A stretch of DNA of 59,150 nt from Dimargaris cristalligena (lineage: Eukaryota), in contig ML002248.1 in NCBI GenBank assembly GCA_003614675.1, positions 1-59,150 on the forward strand. Reading direction: 5' to 3'. The position numbers were made by a program, and so were the translations under genes. The notes beneath the pieces were generated by a model. The model was given only the letters and a program-made list of their open reading frames with translations. It searched no databases and had not been told where the DNA came from. Below, piece after piece: positions 1 to 11,686 of this stretch. Position 1 is the stretch's first letter. Every line of letters starts with the position of its first letter.

Positions 1-54
<54 letters not shown>
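1..54. repeat. (TAG)18 microsatellite at the window edge
   Basis: Uninterrupted TAG triplets from base 1 to 54. Confidence 0.97.
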
Positions 55-57
<3 letters not shown>

Positions 58-1071
58 CAGTCGTAGTGGTGGTGGTGGGGACTCAATACCGCTACAATGC
101 CTTCGATAGATATAGATAAGCAGCGACTGGATTGTTTTCCCCTCATATACTAGTTTGTGGCTAGCCATCGGATGTCGTCAGGGTAGAAGGAGAGAGAGAG
201 AGGAGGTAAGGGGGGACCTTAGAAATTAGGCCAAGCTTATCTGCTCAACTTTTAGCCGAAAGACATTCCAGGATTATTAGATAGGGTTGATGAAACGCGG
301 TTATTTGGATGGTGGATTATTTTTGGTCACCCATGCAGCATCGGCCCGCCTTCTCCAGTCTCACTCACCTACAGGTTTTTTTTCGTTCATTGGTGCTTAC
401 CTCACCCACCACTTATATACCACACACACCCTTAGCTCTATCGATTCCTAATAATACTAGTATTATAAGTAGCCCCCGCCCCACCAATTCATTATTGCCC
501 AATTCCCACCAATGGTTTGAGGGGTCGAAACCAGAAGCAGGTGAGGGACGCTTCCAAGCCTGTACCAATCAAGACATGTGTAGTATAGGAGGGGGGATAT
601 AGAGTGAGGAGAGCGCTGGTGTCCTAAAGGGGAATACCGGCTTACCAGGTGATTCGTGCAAGGCGGCTGGGAGGGGGGGCCATTTGGGAGGGAGGGAGAG
701 AGAGAGAGACCTCCACCACATCACCCTTTCACTAAGAAACACGCCTTCATATGATATGTGGATATGATGTGTCAATAGATAATATATATCGAGCAGGTGT
801 TTTATGGAGGTTTGTCCAAAAACGGGATGCGAGGTTGATTGGGCGTGCTTTGGGCGAAACTTTATCTGGCGAGGCAGCCAACGAAGAATAGCGGGCCAGA
901 ACGGAGAAGCTAAGCCCTTTCTCTCTCTATTCCTGATGAGGCGCGTGGCGGGGCGTCCTGGCCGCCAATGAAGGTGCAAACCGTACCAGTTACCCGCGCC
1001 GTCCTCACGGGCCTATCGGCAGCCAGCCCCATCCCTTGCTCATTGGCCCTGGGATTTTCGGTTGCTGGTAT

Positions 1072-1097
1072 AGAGAGAGAGAGAGAGAGAGAGAGAG
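1072..1097. repeat. (AG)13 microsatellite upstream of the H+-ATPase gene
   Basis: Direct reading of the dinucleotide run. Confidence 0.9.
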
Positions 1098-1762
1098 GGA
1101 TGGGGAGATTTACCGCGCTGCTACTATCTCACTATGCTTGCTTGGCAGAGCACATACAACCACTACTTAAGAAAGGGAGAGAGCAGCATGCATACCGTGA
1201 CCCTATCAGTGAGTGAGCGGCCTATCTCTCTATCCCATGCTGTCCAATCCGGTAGTGCACCCTATATGCTATATGCGCCCTTTCCCTCCCCCCGGGTTAA
1301 TATAAAACCCCGTCCCGGCCCCTTCACCGATTTTCTCTCCCTCATTGTTTCAACTCGTCGCATACACACACTTCCCCACTCTGTGTGCTCGCTTTTCTTA
1401 GCTATTCTATAACCATACCCTATTTATTGCCGTCTTTCTCCCCTTTTGTAGCACAGCCCCTGGCTCGTCGCAACTCCCTCTCCCCCCCTTCTCTTGCGCC
1501 CCTTTCCCTTTGCTTTTGCGTGAGGGGGACTTGTTTCGCTAAACCTTCTATATATATATATCAATCATTATTCCTGTCTTTCCTCTTCCTTGGAGGATAA
1601 TCCCCACACACACTCTCTCCCTTTATTTGATTTGTTTAGTGCGCTTTTATTTCCCCTTTTTATTATATCTTTTTTTCTAGATACCAGACTACTCTTCTTT
1701 ACTTACTTACTTCTCTTTTACACCGCTCCCCGTGTGTGTGTCTTTTCTCTCTTTTTTGGGCC

Positions 1763-4700
1763 ATGTCCGACCACGAGGAAAACACCATTAGAGCCGAGAG
1801 CTCTTATGCCGACGACAAGGGTGTCGTTGGCTCGCATGAGGCCATCAAAGTAAACGGTATGAATCTGGCCGTCGAAGACCTCTACGACAAGGAGAAGTAC
1901 GACTTGTCCACCATGGACACCGCCGACGTCTTCACCCTGTTGCAGACTTCGCCCAAGGGTTTGACCGACGCTGAAGTCGCCACCCGTATCGAAAAGTTCG
2001 GCCGTAACCGCCTTGAACAGAAGGAAATTAACCCTATTCTCCAGTTCCTGTCGTTCATGTGGAACCCTTTGTCTTGGTAAGTATAACATAACATATACCT
2101 TTTCTATCTGATTTGTGGTGGTGTAGCCCAATAGAGGTGATGGTGATATGTGTGGGTCATTGTTTGTGTAATACAATCCTGTGGGAGAGGCTGCTATCTC
2201 CGGTGTTATTGCGGTGTTGCACACACCCTCTGTCCCCCCCCCTTCATTTGGTTCATTTTGTGGTGATGTACCGCGCGGGTTCTTAGTATCTCACGCCGGG
2301 TATAGGATCATCCTGTAGTACGGGTGTTGTACCGAAAGGGAACGGGGTATGCACTTGTGTGTATATTGCGCCCCCTTTGGGTTCTATCTACCTGGCTTTA
2401 CTCTTTCTTCTCCCACATACACCCCCACATTATTTTTAAGCTTGAGTTTTTTTCTCGCAGTCTTAAAATTTTCCACGCGGTAATTTTTTCCGGGGTCCCG
2501 TGGCCCTCCTTTGGCTATATTGGAGGAGGCCGGAAGCCCTTAGCTGTATGTATAGTATTCTACTCTATACACTCCATATACCGGCCCTTCCCTCTTTCTT
2601 TCTCAACCTACCAACACGTGGACGGCGTTTCCAATCACACAGGGCCCCAGGGTTGGCTTTGGGGTCCTCTGGTATTGTTTGCCCATAGTGTGCCCTGGCG
2701 CCCCTTGTATAGGGGAGCTACCTTTGATTGGCTTAGTTGGTCAACGCCTTCCGGGGTTGTGACTGGCAATTAAGCATGTCTTCCTGGCCCCAGGATGGTG
2801 TGATTGGTTGGTTACATTCATGTACGCCGTTAGCCTTGCCCTAGTGCCAGTAATATCCGACCATTATTAGCCCTGTAGGGGTAATGTGGTGGCGGGTTTG
2901 GGCAGGATAGGGCAGGGCAGGTGGCACCCGCTTTTTTTACCCGTTGTTTCTCTCTTTCTCTCTCTCCTTCAATGGTGCTGTGTACCGTAGGTTCTCTCTA
3001 CTTGCGCCAACCACACCAACTTCGCATTATTTTGACCATATAAGTGTATATGGGCAATGGGTGTCGTTGCTGTCCATGCAATCCCGCCCCTTTTTTTCAC
3101 TCATGAACTTCCCACCACCGAAGGCCACCACCACTCCTATTGGCCCCTGCGCCGGGTGATCTTTTCTCCCATCCCCGTCTAATCTATTATGCCGGATTTC
3201 TAACCTCTGATTTATTATTGTTCTATACTCCCTCTATTCTGCTCGGGTTATCATCATAACTCCCATGTAATCTCTCCCTTTTCCTAACAGGGTAATGGAA
3301 GCTGCCGCTATCGTCGCTATTGCCCTCAGCAACGGTGAGGGTAAGGCCCCCGATTGGCAGGATTTCGTCGGTATCGTGCTGCTGCTGCTGGCCAACTCGG
3401 CCATTGGCTTTGTTGAAGAACGCCAGGCCGGTAACGCCGTCAAGGCTCTGATGGACGCTTTGGCCCCCCAGGCCAAGGTTAAGCGTAACGGCGAATGGGC
3501 CACTATCGAGGCCTCCGAGCTTGTGCCCGGTGATGTTATTGGTGTCAAACTTGGTGATATTGTCCCCGCCGACGGTCGTATGATCGTAGCCAACAACGTG
3601 TCCATTGATCAGGCCGCCCTAACTGGTGAGAGTCTGCCCGTGGGCAAGGACAAGGGCGACGAGGTCTTCTCCGGTTCCACCGTTAAACAGGGTGAAGCCG
3701 AAGCCGTCGTGATCGGTACCGGTACTAACACTTTCTTCGGGCGTGCCGCCAAGCTGGTGCAGAGCGCCGGTGACGATATTGGCCATCTGCAGACCGTGTT
3801 GGCCAAGATTGGTAACTTCTGTATCTGCAGTATCGCCGTGTTCCTGGTTGCCGAAATCTTCGTCATGTACCCCGGTTTCCGTTTCAGTTACCGTCGTGGT
3901 ATCGACAACTTGCTTGTGCTCTTGATTGGTGGTATTCCCATTGCCATGCCTACTGTGCTGTCCGTGACCCTCGCCATGGGTGCCAAACAGCTGGCTGAAC
4001 ACAAGGCCATCGTCACCCGTATCACTGCCATTGAAGAACTCGCCGGTGTCACTATTCTGTGCTCCGACAAGACTGGTACCCTGACCCTGAACGAACTCAC
4101 CATTGACAAGGGCACCATGAAGCTCTACTCCCACTACAGCGTCGATGACATCATTTTGCTTTCGGCCTACGCCTCCCGCATTGAACACCAGGATGCCATT
4201 GATACCTGTATCGTGGCTTCCCTGCCCGACATTAAATTGGCCCGTGAGGGTATCGAAGAAATGGACTTCCGGCCTTTCAACCCCGTTGACAAGCGTACCG
4301 AAGCTACTTACCGCCGCCTGTCCGATAATACCGTGCACCGTGTGACCAAGGGTATGTCGTCTGTGATTCTCAACCTCTGTACCCGCAACAAGACCGAGGA
4401 ACAAATCAAGCAGATGACCCTCGACGTGGACGAATTCGCCAACCGTGGTCTGCGTGCTCTGGCCGTGGCCTACGAAGAGGTACCCGATGGTACCGCTGAA
4501 GGTGAAGGTACCGGATTCGAACTGATTGCCCTGCTCCCCATTTACGACCCTCCCCGTCACGATACCAAGGAAACCATCGACCGTGCCCAGGAACTCGGTG
4601 TCAAGGTCAAGATGGTGACTGGTGACCAGCTCGCCATCGCCAAGGAAACCGGCCGTCGCCTGGGTATGGGTGACGTTATGTTCAACACCAAGGTGCTCAA

Positions 4701-6084
4701 GACCGGCCCCCCTCCAGGCAGTGGCTGGCAAGACGTGGACCAGATGGTCCTGGAGGCCGACGGTTTCGCCGGTGTGTACCCCGAACATAAGTACGAGATT
4801 GTCGAACGCCTGCAGAACATGGGTCACTTAACCGCTATGACTGGTGATGGTGTGAACGACGCTCCCGCCCTGGCCAAGGCCAACGTGGGTATTGCCGTGG
4901 CCGACGCTTCCGATGCCGCCCGGTCCGCAGCTGATATTGTGCTGACCGAACCCGGTCTGTCTGTGATTATTGATGCCATCAACGGAAGTCGTCAGATTTT
5001 CCAGCGCATGCGCAACTACGCCATCTATACCTGTTCCGTGACAATCCGTATCGTCGTTGGTTTCTCCATCATGGTCTTCGCCTTCAAGTTCGACTTCCCG
5101 CCCTTCATGGTACTGATTCTGGCCATTCTCAACGACGGTACCATCATGACCATCTCCAAGGACCGCGTGAGCCCCTCCCGGCATCCCAACCACTGGAATT
5201 TGTTCGAAATCTTTACCTACGCCATCGTGTACGGTGTCTACCTGGCTCTCAGTACACTCATCTTCTACACGGTGATCCTCAAATCCGACCTTTTCCAGCG
5301 CCTGTTCGGACTTGAGCACTTTGACGATAACAACGACTGGCGCCTCCACTCCATCATCTACCTACAGGTGTCGACTATTTCCCAGGCTCTGATTTTCGTG
5401 ACCCGGTCCCACGGCTTCAGTTACTTCGAGCGTCCCTCTGTGATTTTGATGGTTGCTTTTATCCTTGCTCAGATGGTGGCCACCTTCATTGCTGTCTATG
5501 CCAACTGGGGCTTCACCCACATTGAAGGTTGCGGTTGGCATTGGGCCGGTGTTACCTGGGTCTGGAACATGATCTGGTACGTGCCCCTCGACTTCATCAA
5601 GTTCGGCGTTCGTTTCCTCATCGATAGCCACGTGCGCGACCAACACGCCCATCTGGTCCTGACCGGTGGAGCCGAAGGCGCTGCCCCGGAAGAGGTCAAG
5701 CCTACCGAGCCCAGCCCCATCAGCGGAGAGTACGAGGCCGTGCCCACTATGGCCGCCGCCCACCGCGTTCCTTCTTACCAGCCCACTCGTCGCTCGTCTC
5801 TGGGTTCCGCTACTGGTCTCGAACGCACTGCTACTCTGCAGAGCTACTACGCCCCCCATTTTGCCCAGTACCAGCCTTCGCCCATGCACACCTTCGCTAA
5901 CAAGCTGCGTCAGGGCAAGGCCCTCTTTACCAACAAGGGCAAGCGGCTCACCATGGACGAGAACGAGCTACGCCGTTTCCACTCCGTACAAACGGCCCAG
6001 GCTTCCCAGGTTCTTTCCCGCCAGCCCAACCCCGCTCCCAGCCGTGGTGGAGACTATAACCTGGCCCGTACCACGAGCGTGTAA
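1763..6084 (+). CDS. PMA1: Plasma-membrane P-type (IIIA) H+-ATPase, 2 exons, ~1035 aa
   Basis: Exons 1763-2076 and 3291-6084; the intron 2077-3290 (GTAAGT...CTAACAG) restores MWNPLSWVMEAAA. Motifs TGESLP, CSDKTGTLT (phospho-Asp), DPPRHDT, MVTGD, TGDGVNDAPAL and ILNDGTIMTISKDRV. Strong C/T-ending codon bias. Confidence 0.97.
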
Positions 6085-8566
6085 TATACTCTTAGTACTA
6101 CACCCTTTTAGTGTTTGCGAGTTGTCCACCTACTTACTTATGAACGCACCCATATAACTCTCTCTTCCCTTATGTTGTCTCCCCTCTTTGCCATAATTAA
6201 TTTCTAATTATATTCACATCTCTACACCCCCATCCATTGGTAATCAATTTACTCGATATTTTTTAGCTATGCTAGTTTTGATCTCTAAACTCCATACGTT
6301 GTCGGGTTATTAATTATCAACAATCCCACCCCCCCTCGACCCTTCCTATTATTTAATGCTGTCTCTCTCCCCAATGCATATAATGCATATTACTTTTTTC
6401 CTTAAAAAACATATATATTCACCCATTGAATAGTATAGAGTAATTCCAATTGCTTAAGAGTTGTTTGTGCCTTTTGTTCTTTAGTTATTTTACTTTATGT
6501 TGCAGTTGTTGGCTGTGTCCGCCTATTTATTTTCTATACTACATCATCATAGTACATAGCGTCTCTCTCAGCCTCCGTATGTATTATCTTGTTCTTTCGG
6601 ATTTTGTTTTACAATTTTCAACAACAGTTAATTTTTATTGAGACCAAAAGCGCTCAACTAAATATAACCAATGTAAAATATACTTGATTCAGGTGATAGA
6701 TATTAGAGTGATTCCTCTTGAAAAGGGGCCACCATCATATTGGTTAAATCTGCCAGTTATGGTGAGTGATGGATGATGAACAGACCGTCGCTGTTGTCAC
6801 GTGTACAATAAGGGTCTCTCTTATATAGGGACGGTGGTGGTTGGTCACACCTTTAGAGTTATAGAAGAGAGCAAGCTCGTTAGGTGGTGGTCCTCTAACA
6901 ATGAATGGTATGTCCTATTTAACACTTCATTCCAGGCGCAGATGTTTTGCTTTTGGAATGGAATTGATAATAATTATCGCGAAGGCCACTCCTGTACCAC
7001 CACCAACCTCACCGCCTCTTCTGCCACTGTCACTCGAAAGTCCACTAGCACCCCCCCTTAATACTTTAAGCCCTCAATGTATTTGGGCAATAGCGTCTAC
7101 CTCAACCAGTATATATTTGTGCCCAGCTTTGAAGTTGTTCAATTTATCCCACAAAAACTACCGTTTCCACTTTTGGCCAAAGTTGTAAATAAACCCCCCC
7201 TTTCCTTTCCGAGCATCCACCGACACATTGGGAGAGGCGCGTGTTGGTGGAACCATCTTTTAGGTTATGTTCTAGCCACATTTACCAAAGAATAATAGTT
7301 GGACAATGGTATATAGCCTTGTTTGGGATAAAGACACCCACATGTTTATGGTGTGAAAAAGGCACACATCGACAATTATATTTAATACATCCCCCATCTC
7401 CTTCGCTCTCCCCCTTAATCCATTGCATATATAACCAATAGCTCACCCATTCTTAAATCGTTCTTTGTCGTTAGCCAAGTCTGTTTTTAACCTTAGACTC
7501 ATCGCCACCATAGGTTTAGTTTCGCGAATCTCCGACTATGTATCTTAGGCCGTCTTATTTCACGGCGACCGCGGTGTTAAGTACTGCTGGATTCTATGGT
7601 CACTACTTCTTCACCACTGCCGCAGGCCTATCCCAAACCCCCTCTCTTCAAGACACGGGTGCCACTACAATAATAACCACCATCATCTCAGTAGGTACTT
7701 TCTTTCCCCTTCCCCCAGCCGGTGGAGTCGAAACAAACTAAAACCGATAGAGGGAATGCGGTCCAAAGTAACAAGCGATGGGTGAATGAGGGTGACTGGG
7801 TGGTACAGCAAGGGAAAGGAGTAACCTGCTTGGTCACGAAAGGTACATTTCGTCGGCTATTTTCGATTGGTGGAATTATTAGGACACGCTTCCTGCCAAT
7901 CGGCACATTTTTACGAATACTTCTTGTTAGATGGGGAGGAAGAATAAATATATTTATATATACATTGGGGTTGACCTAATCCGGTGTATTTTAAATACAC
8001 CTGCAATACGTAAACACTTATCCATAAATTTCCACCACTCTCCGTTGGATATATAGATAAAGCACTGTGCAGCTGAGGCATAGTGATCCGAGAGCGTGTG
8101 TGGTTTTTGGGAGTTGACTTACTGTAAAACAGGCCGATCGGTGGTATATTTAATGGTTCTAGGGGTGGTTACGCCGTTGGCCCGAGTCCATGGCCCATTG
8201 GGGGAAGAGTATTTCATTCGGAAAGGAGTGCATCCCGGAAATATACAATTATATACAGACACTTTTACTCTTAGAAACCCACGCCCGCCTCTCCTCGTCA
8301 CATCTACAAATTCCCGATCCCTCCCGTTCCAGCCTATATAAGACCTCGTGTCTGGGGGGAGAGGTGTGACTTATAGGTCTTTTCCCTTACTATCCCTTCT
8401 TATATTATAGTCTAAACCCCTTCGAGTATATTATTGGCTTCGCTAACTGGTGTACTCGGGCGTGTCTATTTTTCTGAGAGAGTTCACTTCAAGGGCCCCC
8501 CTCTTCTACCTGTCCATTGCCATTCTCAAGCAGCTTCGCATTTCTCTTGCATTCCCCCCCCCCCTC

Positions 8567-10322
8567 ATGTCTAGTGCTACTTTTCTGGTCCCCAAGCGGC
8601 CATGGGCGACCAGTCACTTTTTTGGTTCCACCCGGGCTTTCTCGACCCAGCTAGCAGCAGTCACTCCGAGTTTCCGCCGGGGATCCCCTCTAACACCGCC
8701 ACCACCACTACTACTACTACCACTGCGCATGTGCCTCCGTTTTCAGTCCACCGCATCCCCTTCAACGTCCTTGCCCACTGCCGCCTTTACAGCCTTCCAC
8801 CAGGGCCCCAGCGATGTTGGTCAGCAACCCGCCACGACGAAACCCTTGGCGCTGCCGTCGGATCCCCAGTTTCACCATTCCGTTAAACTCCATACCCGCC
8901 AACTGCTGGTTTGCGTCGGGTCGGCCTTGCTCTGGCCGCGCTTCGCGGAATTACTCAATGTGTATACGGGCCGGCTGTCCCATGAGCTGGCCAAGGCGGA
9001 ATGCCGAGTGCCCATGAACTTGACGGATTGGCCCACCGCCACCATTGACCCTACGGCCATTCCCCAGTCCGGCGATCCGGACGATTGTTTCGACTTGTTA
9101 TTGTTCCCGGAATACGTCCGGATTCGCCGGGTCACCTCGGCGCACTTCCCGGCTCTCATTGCCTATCTCAACCACTCCCGTATTGACATCGGGGCCTTAA
9201 GAACCGCCCTGAACCCACCCCCGCTCTACGCTACTACCGACCCGGATCGTCGAGCCGTGGCGAACCTGGTCGTTGATGAGCTGCCCGCCCATTTATTATT
9301 CACGTGTACCCATGGGTCCCGGGACTGCCGCTGTGCAGAAGTGGGGGAGCCGTTCCATTTGGCGTTGACTAAGGAAATTGCCAAACGCCAGTGGCAGGAC
9401 CGGTGGCTAGCGGCGCGCATTTCACATATTGGTGGCCATTCGTAAGTTACTGCTACATTCTGGACCCTTATCGTTGATAACACCAACCCCCTCCCCCCCC
9501 ATTGTATTAATTCTGCAGCTCTAGACTCGATTCCAACGGATTCCACCATCGCTTCCGGTTATTTAGGGGTGATTTGATGACCGAAGCCTGGATCTAGACT
9601 AATAACGATACGAATACCTCTGTCCCTTTGTGTACCCCATTCGGTAACTTGCCCATTCATCGTCGAACCATCCCTGCCGATACTTATGGCTCTTTAGTTA
9701 TGCCGCCAATACCATCCATGCCTCCACGGGGGACTGGTACGGTCTGCTAAAGCCCAACCTGGCCTCTGATTTCCTGGACACGTTAGCCTCCGGTGAAATC
9801 ATGTGGAGTAACTGGCGGGGTCGGCGCGGGGTCAGCCAGCCCGACCAACTCAAACTCTACCTGCAAAACGTCTCCCCCGCGACCCCGGGTAGCGCCGAGC
9901 CGGCTGCTACCACTGCGGTGAATCTGATCTTCGATTTGCCCCAAGGGCTGCAGAAATTCGTGCAGGTGCCCGTTCACCCCGAACCATTATCATCACCATC
10001 ACCATCACCATCACCATCATCACCGACATCGTCGTCACCAGCATCATCGGCATCGGCATCCCCCCCGACGGCCACTCTCATGGAAGTCGCCCAGGCCCAC
10101 GGTATCGAACTGGAGGCCTGCTGCGGAGGTCAGTGCGAGTGTGCGACCTGTCATTTGATTGTGGAAAACATCGACGAATATAAGGATCACCTACCACCCG
10201 TTAGTGAGGCCGAGGAAGACATGTTGGAATACGCGCCCGGATGCGAAGCCCGGTCGCGCCTATCCTGCCAGATTCCCGTCACGGCGGCGTTGGATGGTAT
10301 CCGACTCCGGGTGCCGGTGTAA
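8567..10322 (+). CDS. Apd1/Aim32-like (sucrase/ferredoxin-like) 2Fe-2S protein fused to a C-terminal adrenodoxin-type 2Fe-2S ferredoxin; probably mitochondrial; 2 exons, ~499 aa
   Basis: Exons 8567-9441 and 9698-10322 (intron GTAAGT...TTTAG). The splice gives CTHGSRDCRC...SHIGGHSYAAN...GDWYG...WRGR. After a Ser/Pro linker comes EACCGGQCECATCH...EEDMLEYA...SRLSCQI. The N-terminus is Arg/Ser-rich and acid-free (RAFST, RFQST). Confidence 0.85.
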
Positions 10323-10973
10323 AATCGACCGGTTTCCCGGATTAGTCTGGGTTCGCTGAGTGGGTTAAAGAGGGTTTGGCCAAGTCCTGTTGATGGGTGG
10401 TTTATACCCCAATCCAGGGACTAGCTGACGCATTTTATAGATTCATGGTTAGTTTTTCCGAAGATGTTTTTTTATATTTATATTTATTTTTAGCTGAATA
10501 AATTAATTTCGGTTGTACTAGCATTGTGCCTCGGAGTTTCCCCTGGTGTGGTGGAGAAGGATCGGACAACTGGAGGGGATATACCCTTACCCGATTCCGC
10601 TGGGTTGTGGACCTGCAGGGTGGTGCGGATCGGAGTGAATGATATAAATATCAAGGGGGTTTTGTGAAGAGGGACGGAGTAGAGTAGTTCACCATGGGTT
10701 GTGAAGAATGCACCGGGTCGGCATTGAGGGTATTTATCAAACAAGGCCAACACATGAGAAGGGATTGTGTGTATATTTTCGAGTATTCTAGAGATACCAA
10801 GGATACCAATTAATATTTACCCGGGTGGGTCCAGTGGAGGACAAGTCAAACAGCTAGCGTGGCTTGTCGCCCCACATGGGGTATACGATTATAGTAGTCG
10901 GCTGGACTGAGAGAGATGGCCATTTCATCCAAGTGAAGGGGGGGCTGGGAGGTCAATCACGGGGGAGAATAAC

Positions 10974-11119
10974 TATATGGGAGAAGTTCATCCAAGCCGT
11001 ATAACGAAAAATCCATTAGATTCGGCCAATATTACTAGTTAAAAATACATTTCCCATACATTTTCCCATACACGTATAATGGAAACCCTTATATAGCTGG
11101 GCCGAATTTCACTCATATA
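10974..11119 (+). repeat. ~146-bp dispersed element with imperfect terminal inverted repeats (MITE-like), copy 1
   Basis: Begins TATATGGGAGAAGTTCA and ends GAATTTCACTCATATA. The internal GTATAACGAAAAATCCAT and TTTTCCCATACAC are shared with the copy at 49161, and near-identical versions lie on the opposite strand at 48859. Confidence 0.8.
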
Positions 11120-11686
11120 TTTAATGATGAAGCCCAGGCCAATAATCTATTTTTGGCAGCTTCCTTTTAAAACCCATTGTTCGTTTTTTCGCTGGCCCAT
11201 TCAGGTCCTACCTTGTGCCAAGTAAACTAAAGTAGAGTATAGTACTCTGGCCACTGTGGGTGACGTTGTTCGTGTAGCTCAAGGGGTGAACTGTCGGGTG
11301 GTTTTCCTCATTTCTATCAACTTTCGCCGGCTGTTAATTGTGCAACACTTGTTACTAACTGACTTACTCACTGACGGCCCCTTCCGTTTGCTCCGGCTGC
11401 TTGTCTCTTCTCCCCTTCTTCACCTTTTGCTTTATTCCCTTTTCTGTTTCTATAGTCTCTTCATTGTGTATTTTTATGAACTCTCCATTTCCCCTTGGCC
11501 GCCCGTAAAAGTGTGCCGTCTTCACCTCGTTTGTCCGATATTCTCCGACCGCTCCATGTTACTGGCTCTTCGTTGAACTTATCCCAGCCGTTCTATTCGT
11601 TTGGGTGCAGCTCTGCACTCATGTACTCCGACTAGGCTCCGTCATACAGCGTCTATATCCCGTCCATCCCATCCCTTTACTTTACC

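Noticed and set aside
3619-5889. Long antisense ORFs (402, 173 and 175 aa) over the H+-ATPase
   Set aside because: Shadow frames produced by the strong codon bias of the sense gene; no recognisable protein features.
9985-10060. CCATCA-type tandem repeats
   Set aside because: They encode the Ser/Pro linker of the ferredoxin fusion; not a CRISPR array or an independent element.
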